Translations under genes and position numbers: made by a program | The notes under the pieces: model-generated | The model's database searches: none | Told to the model about the DNA's origin: nothing | Seen by the model: only the letters and a program-made list of their open reading frames with translations | Source of the DNA: an uncultured Ruminococcus sp. | Lineage (GTDB): Bacteria > Bacillota > Clostridia > Oscillospirales > CAG-272 | Assembly: GCA_964630695.1 (NCBI GenBank) | Contig: CAZVYZ010000003.1 | Location: forward strand, 2,804-66,803 | Length of the DNA: 64,000 nt | Direction: 5' to 3' | Shown here: piece after piece, positions 50,910 to 61,446 of the stretch | How positions within the stretch are numbered: the first letter of the stretch is position 1 | Layout of the letters: each line of letters opens with the position of its first letter

Positions 50910-53900
50910 CCCAGTCTTCTCCTTCCTTCTTTGAAATCTCGTTGATATTCAGCATCAGCACCTTGGAGATACCGTGTTCGGGCATCGTCACACCGTAGAG
51001 TCTGTCCGCCGCCGCCATGGTTCCGCGACGGTGGGTAATCATAATGAACTGCGTTCCGTGTGAATAGCGCTTGATGTACTGTGCCAGACGTTCGACGTTC
51101 ACCTCGTCGAGCGCGGCTTCAATCTCGTCCAGAATGCAGAACGGCGTGGGGTTGACCTGCAGAATCGCAAAGAACAGCGCAACACCGATGAACGCCTGCT
51201 CGCCGCCCGAAAGTTGCATCAGATTCTTGATGATTTTTCCGGGAGGTGCGGCTTTGATTTCAATACCGCTTTCCAGTACGTTTTCGGGGTCCGAAAGCGA
51301 CAACTCTGCAGAACCGCCGCCGAACAGTTCGGCAAACACACGTCCGAAATTCTCATTGATTCGGTTAAAGGATTCCACAAAAGCGGTTTTCATATCCGTT
51401 TCGAGGTCCGCAATGACAAGAATTGTCTTTTTTCGGCTTTCTTCCAAATCGTCAAGGTCGGCTTTCATCTTCTCGTAACGGGTCCGCACGTCCTCGTATT
51501 TGTTCACCGCATCGAGGTCAACACTGCCCATGGCGCGCAGTTTGTTCTTGCATTCGGTCTGAAGCGCAAGCATTTCGGGTCTGGTTTCCTTGGACAGGGG
51601 CGGATAACCGAGCGCGAGCGCGTCGTTGCGCGTCATCTCGTATTCCTCCCACAACTTGCCTGCCAACTTGTCCTGCGAATCGCGCAGACTGTTCAGTTTT
51701 GCCTCGCACTTGGTGTATTCGCGCAGAATCAACTCCTTTTGATTCTGCTTGTCCCGCAGGCGGTTGTTGACGTCGGTCAACTTGCGCTCAAACTCCGCTC
51801 CGCCCTGCTCAATCGCGGTGCGACTTTCGGTAATTTCCGCAAGCGTGGCTTGCGCCGTTTCCAGTTCCTCTCCCTCGCGGCGGATTTCTTCCTCCGTCTG
51901 CGCAATCTGCTCCTCGCGGGCACGAATCTTTTCAGCCAACTCGTCCCGTTCCTGCGTCAGCGCGGCAATCCGGTCCTCGCAATCCTGTCGTAGCGTGTTC
52001 TCGGTCTCAATGTCTTTCTGTGCTTCGCTGATTCGGATATACAGGTCGGTGATTTTCCGCGCGTTGCCGTCTTTCTCCAGAACCGTATCGCCGTGTTCGG
52101 ATTCCTTTTCTTTCCGATAGTCGCGGATTTCGGAAATGCGGTGCGCAAGGCTTTCCCGCTCGGCATTCAGCCTCGTCAGGTCCTCCTCGTAGCGCGCCCG
52201 CGCTTCCTCAAACTGCTTCATATCGTTTTTGAGTTTGTCAAGCAACGTGTTGTTGGCATCCAGTTTCGCCCGCAACTGCTCCAGTTGCGCCGCCTCGGTG
52301 TTCCGCAGAACGCCAATCAGTTCGCGGCGGTCCTCGGCGGAATTGCGGCGCTCTTCCAGTTCTTCCGCTTCGCGCGTCAGTTCGCCGAGTTGTTTTTCGA
52401 GTTTTGCAACGGTCGCTTTCTTTTCGCCCAGTTCCGCTTCCAGTCGCTTGACCTCGCTCCCGCGCGAGAGAATGCCGTTCCCCGTGCGGACCGAACCGCC
52501 CGTAAACGAACCGCCGACGTTGATTTGCTGACCGTCCAGTGTCACCGCGCGGACGCGGTAATGCGTGGCGCGCGCCATCACGTTGGCATTGTCGATGTTG
52601 TCAAAGACCACGGTTCTGCCAAGCAGAGAGGACAGCACCTCGCGGAATTTTCCGTCACAGGAAACCAGACTGTCCGCAACGCCGATGTAGCCGCGGTAGC
52701 CTGCCGCTTCGGTCATCTCGCGCGTGGGCTGAGAGGCTTTCATGGAGGTCAGCGGGAAGAACGTCGCCCGCCCCGCTTCTCCGCGTTTGAGGGCGTACAT
52801 CGCCGCTTTTGCGGTTGCCTCGTCCTCCACCACGATGTTCTGCAGATTTGCGCCGAGCGCAATCTCCAGCGCGGTCACGTAACGGTCCTCAACCGAAATG
52901 ACCTTGGAAAGCGGACCGTAGATTTTTCCGCAGGGCGCGCCGTGGGTGTCGGTAATCTTCCCCTCGTCATACTGCTTCATGACGTAGCGGACCGCACCCG
53001 AGTAGCCCTCGAAATGCTCCTCCATAGAGCGGATGGTCGCAATCCGCTGCGCCAGTGAATCCTGACGGAATTTTGCGTCGTTGCAGTCTTTCTCCGCCGC
53101 ACGGACCAACACCGCAACGCGCCCCGCTTTTGTTTCGGCGTCGGCAATCTCCCCGTCGATGGAAGCCAGTTCCGCGTCATATTTCGCCACAGTCTCTTCC
53201 TTCGACTTGCACTGTCCGCCGAGCGTTTCCGAAATCTTCCGGTAGCCGTCCATCTCCTGCAGGGCAGAACTGTTCTTATCGAAATCGGTGGTTTTGGCGT
53301 TGTCAAGGACCGAGATGCGAATCTCCACGTCCTTTTCCTCGGCTTCCAAGTCGCGAATATCGGTAAGCGCCTGTGCGATTGCCGCCGAAAGGTCGGCTTC
53401 CTTTTTTCCGAGCGTCAACTGCGCGGCGTTCAGCCTGTCCTGCTCCGCGCCGAGGTCGGCGACACGGTTTTCCAACTCGCCGATTTTCTGCGCGTGCGCG
53501 GCACTCGATGCGGTTTCCGCCGCAATGGACTTTTCGGTTCCCGCCAAGGACCCCTGCGTTGTTGCAATCAGGTCGCGGGCGTGCGCGATGTTGTTCTGCG
53601 CAACCGTGCGCCGCCGCTCCAGTTCGTGGCAACGGTCGGTCTGCTCGCGAATCCGCCCGAACAGTTCCTCGCTTCTCTGACGGCTTGACTGCGCCGCCTC
53701 GGACAGTTTGGCATACTGCGTATCCAACGCCTGAATGCTGTCCTCCGCCGTTTGCAAATCAAAGGACGCACGCGACATGGCTTCCTCCGCCGCATTCAGT
53801 TCGTCACGGATTTTCTCGGTGTCGTAGAGCCACAGACTCACGTCGGCGCGCTTCTTGCTGTCGTGCAATTCAATGGCTTTTTTGGCGCGTTCCGCTTCCT

Positions 53901-54561
53901 TTTTCAGCGGTTCGACGCGCGACGCGACCTCGGAAAAGATGTCGGACAGGCGGCTGATGTTGTCCTCCGCCTCCGCCAACTTCCGCTCCGCCTCGGTTTT
54001 CTGGTGGCGGTATTTCGCGATTCCCGACGCGTCCTCAAACACACTGCGGCGCTCCTCGCTCTTGCGGGAGACCATCTCGGCAATCTTCCCCTGCCCGATA
54101 ATGGAGTAACCGTCGCGCCCGATACCCGTATTCATGAACAACTCATAAATATCTTTCAGTCGGACTGCCTTGCGGTTGATGAAGTATTCACTGTCCCCCG
54201 CGCGGTAGTAGCGTCTGGTAACGGTCACTTCGTCAAACGGGCAGTCAAGCCGCGCGAAATCGCCCCGATTGTCAAAGGTGACCGACACCTCGGCATACCC
54301 CATCGGGCGGCGACTGTCGGCACCGCCGAAAATGACGTCCTCCATCTTGCTTCCGCGCAGGCTCTTGGAAGAAATTTCGCCCAAGACCCAACGCATGGCA
54401 TCGGCAATATTGGATTTTCCGGACCCGTTCGGTCCGACAATGACCGTGACACCCTGTCCCTCGTCGGCGGCAACGTTCACGTCAACACCGCGGTCAAACA
54501 GCAGTCTCGTCTTGTCGGGAAAGGACTTAAAGCCCTGCATTTCCAGTGATTTCAGATACAC
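50893..54561 (-). CDS. smc: Chromosome segregation protein SMC
   Basis: N-terminal Walker A GPNGSGKSN, hinge, coiled coils, and C-terminal LSGGEQAF / ILDEIEAALD. The GTG at 54561 (VYLKSLEMQGFKSF) follows AAGGAG. The track start is 54639. Confidence 0.95.
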   Translation of the reverse strand: MYLKSLEMQGFKSFPDKTRLLFDRGVDVNVAADEGQGVTVIVGPNGSGKSNIADAMRWVLGEISSKSLRGSKMEDVIFGGADSRRPMGYAEVSVTFDNRGDFARLDCPFDEVTVTRRYYRAGDSEYFINRKAVRLKDIYELFMNTGIGRDGYSIIGQGKIAEMVSRKSEERRSVFEDASGIAKYRHQKTEAERKLAEAEDNISRLSDIFSEVASRVEPLKKEAERAKKAIELHDSKKRADVSLWLYDTEKIRDELNAAEEAMSRASFDLQTAEDSIQALDTQYAKLSEAAQSSRQRSEELFGRIREQTDRCHELERRRTVAQNNIAHARDLIATTQGSLAGTEKSIAAETASSAAHAQKIGELENRVADLGAEQDRLNAAQLTLGKKEADLSAAIAQALTDIRDLEAEEKDVEIRISVLDNAKTTDFDKNSSALQEMDGYRKISETLGGQCKSKEETVAKYDAELASIDGEIADAETKAGRVAVLVRAAEKDCNDAKFRQDSLAQRIATIRSMEEHFEGYSGAVRYVMKQYDEGKITDTHGAPCGKIYGPLSKVISVEDRYVTALEIALGANLQNIVVEDEATAKAAMYALKRGEAGRATFFPLTSMKASQPTREMTEAAGYRGYIGVADSLVSCDGKFREVLSSLLGRTVVFDNIDNANVMARATHYRVRAVTLDGQQINVGGSFTGGSVRTGNGILSRGSEVKRLEAELGEKKATVAKLEKQLGELTREAEELEERRNSAEDRRELIGVLRNTEAAQLEQLRAKLDANNTLLDKLKNDMKQFEEARARYEEDLTRLNAERESLAHRISEIRDYRKEKESEHGDTVLEKDGNARKITDLYIRISEAQKDIETENTLRQDCEDRIAALTQERDELAEKIRAREEQIAQTEEEIRREGEELETAQATLAEITESRTAIEQGGAEFERKLTDVNNRLRDKQNQKELILREYTKCEAKLNSLRDSQDKLAGKLWEEYEMTRNDALALGYPPLSKETRPEMLALQTECKNKLRAMGSVDLDAVNKYEDVRTRYEKMKADLDDLEESRKKTILVIADLETDMKTAFVESFNRINENFGRVFAELFGGGSAELSLSDPENVLESGIEIKAAPPGKIIKNLMQLSGGEQAFIGVALFFAILQVNPTPFCILDEIEAALDEVNVERLAQYIKRYSHGTQFIMITHRRGTMAAADRLYGVTMPEHGISKVLMLNINEISKKEGEDWDGIFG

Positions 54562-54580
54562 AGCAGATGTTCTCCTTCTT

Positions 54581-55606
54581 TTATTCCATCGGTTGGAGGC
54601 ACGGACCCGCAATGCGCGCGTCCTCTCCGACCGAACCAATCACAATTCCGTACTCTTTCTCCAGCCTTGCAAGGTTCCGTCTCCCCTGCCCGACCGTTTG
54701 CGAAATCCGTCCCGCAGGAACCGTCAGCGCCGCCCGCCGCCCGACCATGCCCGCACGGGTCACGGTACGCGCCAGTTCGCGATAGCGGACTTCACCCAAG
54801 ACCAACTCGCCGAGCGCCGGATGATTCGGTCCCGCCACGGCACAGCGCGGGTCGGTCAGTTCCTCCGATGCGCACAGCCCGACGCGCAGACACTTCACGC
54901 CGTTCGCTTCCAATATCTCATACGCGTCGGCGGAGCGTTTCACGGCTTCGTCAAGCGTCAGCGGATGATAGTCGCCCCGTGCGGTCATTCCCGCAAGCGA
55001 TGTTCCCGCAAAAACGACCGTCGGGTAAATCCTTGCCGCCCCCGCCCCGAACGATACGATGTCGCGCGCAGTCTGTTTCTCCGTTTCCGCGTCCGAACAG
55101 GGCAAGCCAATCATCATCTGTCCCACCAATTCAAAGCCCGCTTCGCATATCAGACGGCAGGCTCGCGCGGAATCGGCGGCGGTATGCCCCCGCCCCGATG
55201 CCCCAAGAACCGCGTCGGAGGTGCTTTGAATTCCCAGTTCCACGGTCCGCACGGGGTAGCGGGAAAGAATTTCCAGTACCTCGCGGTCGATGAAATCGGG
55301 TCTGGTCGAGAGGCGGATGGACGACACCCGCCCGCTCTGCACGAATTCCGCCGCGGTGTCCAGCAGGCGGACCATCAGCCCGCGGTCAATGCCCGTAAAG
55401 GACCCGCCGAAAAAGGCAATCTGGCAGTCACAATCCTGCGGAATCGTGGCAAGCGCCTCACGAATCCTGTCGGGGACCGCCGCTTCGTCGAATTCCGTGC
55501 ATCCCGAAATGGTTCTCTGGTTGCAGAACACGCATGCGTGCGGGCAACCGAGGTGCGGGATGAACACGGGGATGTTCCGATGCTTCCGCATTCTGTCGGT
55601 CAGCAT
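54581..55606 (-). CDS. ELP3-like radical SAM protein
   Basis: CPHACVFC (Cx3Cx2C) near the N-terminus. Lies between rnc and smc. Confidence 0.75.
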   Translation of the reverse strand: MLTDRMRKHRNIPVFIPHLGCPHACVFCNQRTISGCTEFDEAAVPDRIREALATIPQDCDCQIAFFGGSFTGIDRGLMVRLLDTAAEFVQSGRVSSIRLSTRPDFIDREVLEILSRYPVRTVELGIQSTSDAVLGASGRGHTAADSARACRLICEAGFELVGQMMIGLPCSDAETEKQTARDIVSFGAGAARIYPTVVFAGTSLAGMTARGDYHPLTLDEAVKRSADAYEILEANGVKCLRVGLCASEELTDPRCAVAGPNHPALGELVLGEVRYRELARTVTRAGMVGRRAALTVPAGRISQTVGQGRRNLARLEKEYGIVIGSVGEDARIAGPCLQPME

Positions 55607-56310
55607 TCCACACCGAACAACTTCAGGGCATCTGCGGCGGCGCGTTGTTCCGCCGACCGCTTGGAGGACCCGCTCCCCCGCCCGATGCGGTTGGAATCAA
55701 GGTACAACTCCACTTCAAAGCGTTTGTCATGGTCGGGTCCCGTTTCGCTGACCACGCGATATTCGAGCCGTTGCGGTCCGTCCATCTGCAGAAAGCGCAG
55801 AAGCGCGGTTTTCGGGTCGGTCCCGCCCCCGGGGGGAAGCGTATCCACGGTCCACCGGATGAACGGAAGCAGGAATTCCCGCACGCATCGCAGTCCGTCC
55901 TCGCCTGCGTCCAGATAGATTGCCGCCAGCAGGGCTTCAAACGCATCGGCAAGCAGGGCGGGATTGTTCGCGCCGCCGCTGTTGAGTACGCCGCGCCCCA
56001 GTCTGAGGTACTCCCGCAGACCGATTTTCTCCGCGTAAGAAGCAAGTGCCCCCTCGCAGACCGCCGCCGCGCGAATTCGCGTCAGGTCCCCCTCGCTTCC
56101 GTTCGGGAAGCGGTTATAGAGGTATTCCCCCGTCAGAGCCGACAGCACTGCGTCGCCGAGGAACTCCAACCGCTCGTTGCAAAGCAGGTGGTGGTTTTTT
56201 GCGCCCGTCTCATTTGCATAGGAGGAATGCGTGACCGCCCGCAACAGCAACTCGGGGTCATGAAAGCGGTATCCGATTCTTTCCTGCAACTGTAAGGTAT
56301 CCGTAAACAC
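55600..56310 (-). CDS. rnc: Ribonuclease III
   Basis: Signature NERLEFLGDAVL and a C-terminal dsRBD (GPDHDKRFEV...GSGSSKRSAEQRAA). The GTG start directly abuts the SD. Confidence 0.9.
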   Translation of the reverse strand: MFTDTLQLQERIGYRFHDPELLLRAVTHSSYANETGAKNHHLLCNERLEFLGDAVLSALTGEYLYNRFPNGSEGDLTRIRAAAVCEGALASYAEKIGLREYLRLGRGVLNSGGANNPALLADAFEALLAAIYLDAGEDGLRCVREFLLPFIRWTVDTLPPGGGTDPKTALLRFLQMDGPQRLEYRVVSETGPDHDKRFEVELYLDSNRIGRGSGSSKRSAEQRAAADALKLFGVEC

Positions 56311-56404
56311 TCCTCCTTTCTAATGCTAAGAATAAGACCTCGGGCGTTGCTCTGTAAACGCCGTTTTCTTAACGAATTCATCCCGTCCTTTTAAGACAGC
56401 AGAT

Positions 56405-56711
56405 TTATCCCCCTCATCAGTCGCTCACGCGACAGCTTCCCCCCAAGGGGAAGCCTTTTTGCGAAATCCGTTTCATAATTTACAAAAAGAGGAAAATCCA
56501 ATATTTCAATCGTTAGATGCAATGCAAAAAAACGCAATAATAGGATTTTTCGGGGGATTTCAATGTAGAATATCCGTATTTGCAATTTTCGTAATTTGCA
56601 ATGGGATAAAAGCGAACATTTCAAAAGAGATTCTTAGGGCTATACACTGCGTAAAGCAGGCTTCCCCTCGGGGGGGAAGCTGTCGCGTGAGCGACTGATG
56701 AGGGGGGATAA
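56405..56711. mobile_element. MITE-like element, family B (307 bp, AT-rich core)
   Basis: Same ~50-nt TIRs as 46522-46713 (ttatccccctcatcagtcgctcacgcgacagcttccccccaaggggaagcc ... complement). The unrelated ~200-bp core is visibly AT-rich (not counted) and contains atttgcaat direct repeats. Confidence 0.65.
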
Positions 56712-56760
56712 ATTCAGTCTCACCAGACAACCGACCCAATAACACCCGAGGTTTAGGTCC

Positions 56761-57795
56761 TTACTCCTCTGTTTTTTGCTTTTCCCGTTCGGCGCGCTTG
56801 CGCTCGGCAAAAGCACGGGCGCTGTCGGCAAGGTCGTAAATCGCCTCGGAGCGCTTGTAATCCATCGCCTGACGGATTGCATTCATGATGGCGCGGTCAT
56901 CCGACGAGCCGTGCGCCTTGATGACCGGCTTGGAAATACCGAGAATCGGCGCGCCGCCGCGTTCGGACGGGTCGTATTCTTTCTTCATCTCGGTCAAAGG
57001 CTTTTTCAGCGCCAGTGCCGCCAATTTTGCGGGAGCCGAACTCATAAAAATGCCCTTGACCCGCTTGAGCAGGAATTTTCCGACGCCCTCTATGCTCTTG
57101 AGATAGATATTTCCCGTAAATCCGTCCGCCACCAACACGTCGCAGACGTCAAACGGCGCGGTTCCGCCCTCCACGTTTCCGACAAAGTTGATTTCCTCAT
57201 TTTCGGAAAGCAGACGGTACGCCGCCTGTTGCAACTCGGTCCCCTTGCACGCCTCGGTGCCGTTGTTCAGAAGTCCCACGCGCGGGTGCGCAATACCGTA
57301 CATTTTCCGCATATACGCCGCGCCCATCGCGCCGAACTGCTCCAGATTTTCCGGCGTGACCGTCACGTTCGCGCCGGTGTCCAGAAGCAATACGGGATTC
57401 TGGAACGGCAGAACCGTTCCGATTCCCGCCCGCAGAACGCCTTTGACCTTGCGGACAATCAGCGTCGCACCCGTAAAGAGCGCACCCGTGTTACCCGAGG
57501 AAATGAACGCATCGCCCTTTCCCTCGGCAAGCATCCGCAGTCCCACCGCCATCGAACTGTCGCTTTTGGCGCGGACCACCGACAAAGGGTCATCCTCCAT
57601 CGTCATGTACGAATCGGTATGCACGATGTCAAACCGCCGGATGTCCAGTCCCGCTTCCGACGCGACCTGTTCAATCTGCCGACGGTCACCGACCATAATA
57701 TAGGTCGCGTGCCACTGCGCCGCCGCCATGCAAACGCCCTTGACAGCGGCACTCGGGGAATTGTCCCCGCCCATTACATCAACAATAATTTTCAT
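56761..57795 (-). CDS. plsX: Phosphate acyltransferase PlsX
   Basis: MKIIVDVMGGDNSP..., FISSGNTGA and GFTGNI motifs. Confidence 0.95.
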   Translation of the reverse strand: MKIIVDVMGGDNSPSAAVKGVCMAAAQWHATYIMVGDRRQIEQVASEAGLDIRRFDIVHTDSYMTMEDDPLSVVRAKSDSSMAVGLRMLAEGKGDAFISSGNTGALFTGATLIVRKVKGVLRAGIGTVLPFQNPVLLLDTGANVTVTPENLEQFGAMGAAYMRKMYGIAHPRVGLLNNGTEACKGTELQQAAYRLLSENEEINFVGNVEGGTAPFDVCDVLVADGFTGNIYLKSIEGVGKFLLKRVKGIFMSSAPAKLAALALKKPLTEMKKEYDPSERGGAPILGISKPVIKAHGSSDDRAIMNAIRQAMDYKRSEAIYDLADSARAFAERKRAEREKQKTEE

Positions 57796-57807
57796 AGGTT
57801 CGGTCCT

Positions 57808-59133
57808 TTATATACAGCGTGTCTTTGCGAGAGCCTCAAGCGCCCGCTCCGCCAATTTCTCGTTTCTTGCCGACTTGCCGCCCCTGACCCGTGCGTCAAG
57901 CGGTCTGACAATTCCGAAGTTCGCGTTCATCGGAACAAATTTCCCGATTCCGCCGCGGCTGACGTATGCCGCCATTGCGCCAAGCATCGTTTCCTCGGGG
58001 AACACAAAAGCCGTCTCCCCCAATGCGCGCCGCGCCGCGTTGATTCCCGCAACCAGTCCGCTCCCCGCAGATTCCACATAACCCTCCACGCCGGTCATTT
58101 GTCCCGCAAAAAAGACGTCCGGACGGTCCGTCATTGCGTAGGTCGGGGTCAGAAGCCCGGGGGAATTGAGGTAAGTATTGCGGTGCATCACACCGTAGCG
58201 CAAAAATTCCGCATTTTCAAGCCCCGGAATCATACGGAACACCCGCCGCTGTTCGGGGAAAGTCAGGTGGGTCTGGAAACCGACCAGATTGAACATGGTC
58301 CCGGCTTCGTTCTCTTTGCGGAGTTGAACCACCGCATAAGCCTCTTTGCCGGTTCGCGGGTCGGTAAGCCCGACGGGTTTCATCGGTCCGAACCGCAGGG
58401 TATCGTACCCCCGCTTTGCCATGACCTCAACCGGCATACACCCCTCAAATACATTGATTTCCTTTTGCGATTCGCGGTCAAACTCTTTCAGTGCCGCTTC
58501 TTCCGCCGAGGTCAGCGCCTGCCAGAACGCATCGTACTGCTCACGCGACATCGGACAGTTGAGGTAGTCCGCATCGCCTTTTCCGTAGCGGGACGCGAAG
58601 AACGCAATATCGGTATCGACCGACGCAAAATCCACAATCGGTGCCGCCGCATCAAAGAAATGCAGACTGCCGCACCCGAGGTCCTGCGCGATATAGTCCG
58701 CCATCGCGTCGGATGTCAGCGGTCCCGTTGCAATCACGGTCACGCCCTCCGGTGCGACTTCGGTCGCCTCCCGCTCCTCCACGGTAATCTGCGGGCAGGA
58801 GCGTACCTTTTCGGTTACATAACGCGAAAACCGCTCCCTGTCAACCGCGAGCGCCGACCCGGCGGGAACGCGCGTTGCGTCCGCCGCCTCCATGATGAGC
58901 GACCCGCACCGCCGCAGTTCCTCCTTGAGCAGTCCCACCGCATTGGAGAGACTGTCCGAGCGGAGCGAATTGGAGCAGACCAGTTCCGCAAATTCCGCGG
59001 TGTGGTGCGCGGGGGTCATCTTCTGCGGTTTCATTTCAACCAGACGGACCGTCTCCGCGCCCGCGCGCACCGCCTGCCATGCCGCCTCGCACCCCGCAAG
59101 CCCCGCGCCGAGAATCGTTACTTCACGCGTCAT
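57808..59133 (-). CDS. trmFO: Methylenetetrahydrofolate--tRNA-(uracil-5-)-methyltransferase TrmFO
   Basis: FAD motif [27 protein letters not shown]. 441 aa. Confidence 0.95.
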   Translation of the reverse strand: MTREVTILGAGLAGCEAAWQAVRAGAETVRLVEMKPQKMTPAHHTAEFAELVCSNSLRSDSLSNAVGLLKEELRRCGSLIMEAADATRVPAGSALAVDRERFSRYVTEKVRSCPQITVEEREATEVAPEGVTVIATGPLTSDAMADYIAQDLGCGSLHFFDAAAPIVDFASVDTDIAFFASRYGKGDADYLNCPMSREQYDAFWQALTSAEEAALKEFDRESQKEINVFEGCMPVEVMAKRGYDTLRFGPMKPVGLTDPRTGKEAYAVVQLRKENEAGTMFNLVGFQTHLTFPEQRRVFRMIPGLENAEFLRYGVMHRNTYLNSPGLLTPTYAMTDRPDVFFAGQMTGVEGYVESAGSGLVAGINAARRALGETAFVFPEETMLGAMAAYVSRGGIGKFVPMNANFGIVRPLDARVRGGKSARNEKLAERALEALAKTRCI

Positions 59134-61430
59134 GATTCCTCTTTTTCCTCCGAATCCTCACCCTCCGGAATCTCGCGGCTGTAGCCGCACGCCTTGTCGT
59201 GGCAGACCAGCAGATTCTTGCCTTTCTTGCGGTAGAGCAGTCCCCCGCACTGCGGGCATTTCTCGTTCACGGGCATATCCCACGACGAAAAATCACACTC
59301 GGGATAGCGTTCGCAACTGTAAAACACGGTATGATTTTTGCCGAATTTGGTCACAATCTTCGCACCGCATTGGGGGCAGGCAACACCCGTGTCGCGGACC
59401 CGCGGTTTGGTGAATTTGCACTCGGGATACCGGCTGCAAGCCCAGAAACTGCCGTATCTGCCCGAACGCAGAATCATCGGCGCGCCGCATTTTTCGCATT
59501 TCATATCGGTTTCAACCGGCTCTTTTTTCTCTTCCTCGACCGTTTTTTCCTCGCCGCTCGCCGTCAGCGGTTTGGTGTTGCGGCAGGTTGGATAGTTCGG
59601 GCAGGCGGCAAATTTGCCGAACCGCCCGTTGCGGATGACCATCTTGCTCCCGCACTTCTCGCAAATGATGTCGGTTTCTTCCGGCGGGACCTCAATGCTG
59701 TTCTGCCCGATGGTTTCCTCGGCGTGTTCCAATTCCTTGGAGAAGTCCGCCCAGAAATTGCTCAGAACCGCCTGCATCGTTGCCTTTCCCGCTTCGATTT
59801 CGTCCAGTTCGTTTTCCATCTCCGCCGTGAAGCCGTAGTCCACGATGTCCGCGAAATACTCTTTCATCAACTTGTTCGTCACCTCGCCCAGCGGGGTCGG
59901 AACAAACGCCTTGCCCTCCCGTTTGACGTAGTTGCGGGACAGAATCGTGGTGATGATGGTTGCGTAGGTACTCGGTCTGCCGAGTCCCTGTTCCTCCAGC
60001 ATTTTGATGAGCGACGCGTCGTTGTACCGCACGGGCGGTTCGGTAAAGTGCTTGGTGGAAACTGCGTCGTCCGCATCCATCAACTCGCCCTCCGAAAGGT
60101 CGGGCAGACGGATGTTCTTCACTTCCGCCACATCGTCCGCCGCGCGCGCGGAATCCTCCTCTGTCTCCTCGTAGACTGCCATATAGCCCGGGAATGCAAC
60201 CGAATAGCCGCTGGTGCGGAAGATATAGCCCGCACAGGTGAAGTCCACCGACACCGTGTCCAGCACCGCCGACTCCATCTGGCTCGCGATAAAGCGCTCC
60301 CAGATCAACTTGTAGAGTTTATACTGGTCATTCGACAGCAGTTTGCGGATTTTGGTCGGCTCCAAATCCACTCTCGCGGGGCGAATCGCTTCGTGCGCAT
60401 CCTGCGCGCCCGCCTTGGTCTTATAGACTCTCGGCATTTCGGGATAGTATTTTTCGCCGTACTTACCCGTGATAAAGGTCTTTGCCGCCTCCTGTGCGTC
60501 CGCCGAAACACGGAGCGAGTCGGTACGCATATAGGTAATCAGACCCTGTGTGCCACCGAATTCGCTCCCGAGGTTCACGCCCTCGTACAACTCCTGCGCC
60601 ACTTTCATGATTTTCTGCGACTGGAAGCCGAGTTTTTTGGAAGCCTCCTGCTGCATGGTCGAGGTCGTAAACGGCGGTGCGGGCGCCTTATGCCGCGATG
60701 CACGTTTGACCGACGAAACGGTATACTGTTTTCCGCTGACCGCATTCACCACGGTCATGGCTTCCGCCTCGGAATTCAGCCGGACTTTTCCCGACGCATC
60801 TCCCCAGAAATGGACGGGAATCGACTTCCCCGCCGTGTGCAGAACCGCGTCAATCGTCCAGTATTCGACCGGAACGAACGCGCGAATCTCCTCCTCCCGC
60901 TCCACGATGATGCGGGTTGCGACCGACTGCACCCGTCCCGCGCTCAGACCGCTTTTGACGTTCTTCCAGAGCAGTGGGCTGAGTTTATAGCCGACGATAC
61001 GGTCGAGAATCCGGCGGGTCTGCTGCGAATTGACCAGATTCATGTCGATGGTTCTCGGCGCCTTGATTGCCGCCTTGACCGCCGTTTTGGTCACCTCGTT
61101 GAAGCAAATCCGATGGGTCTGCTCCACGGGAATTCCGAGCGTTGCCGCCAGATGCCACGAAATGGCTTCTCCCTCGCGGTCAGGGTCGGTTGCAAGAAAG
61201 ATTTTGTTTGCCGCTTTCGCTTCTTTCCGGATTTCCTTAATGAGGTCGCCTTTGCCGCGGATGCTGATATAGTGTGCGTCAAAACCGTTCTCAATGTCCA
61301 CGCCGAGCGAACTTTTCGGTAAGTCCCTGACGTGACCGATTGACGCGATGACTTTATAATTACTGCCGAGATACCCCTTGATGGTCGTTGCTTTCGACGG
61401 GGACTCCACGATTACCAGATTACTTGCCAT
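59130..61430 (-). CDS. topA: DNA topoisomerase I
   Basis: TOPRIM start [10 protein letters not shown], active-site region [10 protein letters not shown], and multiple C-terminal C4 zinc ribbons. The ATG at 61430 ([11 protein letters not shown]) is preferred over the track start at 61484. Confidence 0.95.
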   Translation of the reverse strand: MASNLVIVESPSKATTIKGYLGSNYKVIASIGHVRDLPKSSLGVDIENGFDAHYISIRGKGDLIKEIRKEAKAANKIFLATDPDREGEAISWHLAATLGIPVEQTHRICFNEVTKTAVKAAIKAPRTIDMNLVNSQQTRRILDRIVGYKLSPLLWKNVKSGLSAGRVQSVATRIIVEREEEIRAFVPVEYWTIDAVLHTAGKSIPVHFWGDASGKVRLNSEAEAMTVVNAVSGKQYTVSSVKRASRHKAPAPPFTTSTMQQEASKKLGFQSQKIMKVAQELYEGVNLGSEFGGTQGLITYMRTDSLRVSADAQEAAKTFITGKYGEKYYPEMPRVYKTKAGAQDAHEAIRPARVDLEPTKIRKLLSNDQYKLYKLIWERFIASQMESAVLDTVSVDFTCAGYIFRTSGYSVAFPGYMAVYEETEEDSARAADDVAEVKNIRLPDLSEGELMDADDAVSTKHFTEPPVRYNDASLIKMLEEQGLGRPSTYATIITTILSRNYVKREGKAFVPTPLGEVTNKLMKEYFADIVDYGFTAEMENELDEIEAGKATMQAVLSNFWADFSKELEHAEETIGQNSIEVPPEETDIICEKCGSKMVIRNGRFGKFAACPNYPTCRNTKPLTASGEEKTVEEEKKEPVETDMKCEKCGAPMILRSGRYGSFWACSRYPECKFTKPRVRDTGVACPQCGAKIVTKFGKNHTVFYSCERYPECDFSSWDMPVNEKCPQCGGLLYRKKGKNLLVCHDKACGYSREIPEGEDSEEKEES

Positions 61431-61446
61431 GTTCTTGTTTTCCTTT

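Noticed and set aside
50290-50934. Ser/Gly-rich 214-aa ORF and short tandem repeats; considered as a repeat array or CRISPR-like locus
   Set aside because: It is the antisense frame of the repetitive FtsY N-terminus. The repeats are 12-nt coding repeats with no spacer architecture.
56305-56320. The rnc GTG start directly abuts a near-perfect SD (AGAAAGGAGGA-GTG). Similar 1-nt spacing occurs at the second CNNM gene (22168-22176).
   Set aside because: This is most likely start-codon ambiguity; alternative TTG or downstream starts exist. It is not evidence of unusual initiation and cannot be resolved without Ribo-seq or N-terminal proteomics.
56776-61322. 802-aa (56776-59184) and 707-aa (59199-61322) plus-strand ORFs
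   Set aside because: Antisense to plsX/trmFO and topA respectively, all of which carry diagnostic motifs. Arg-rich low-complexity translations.
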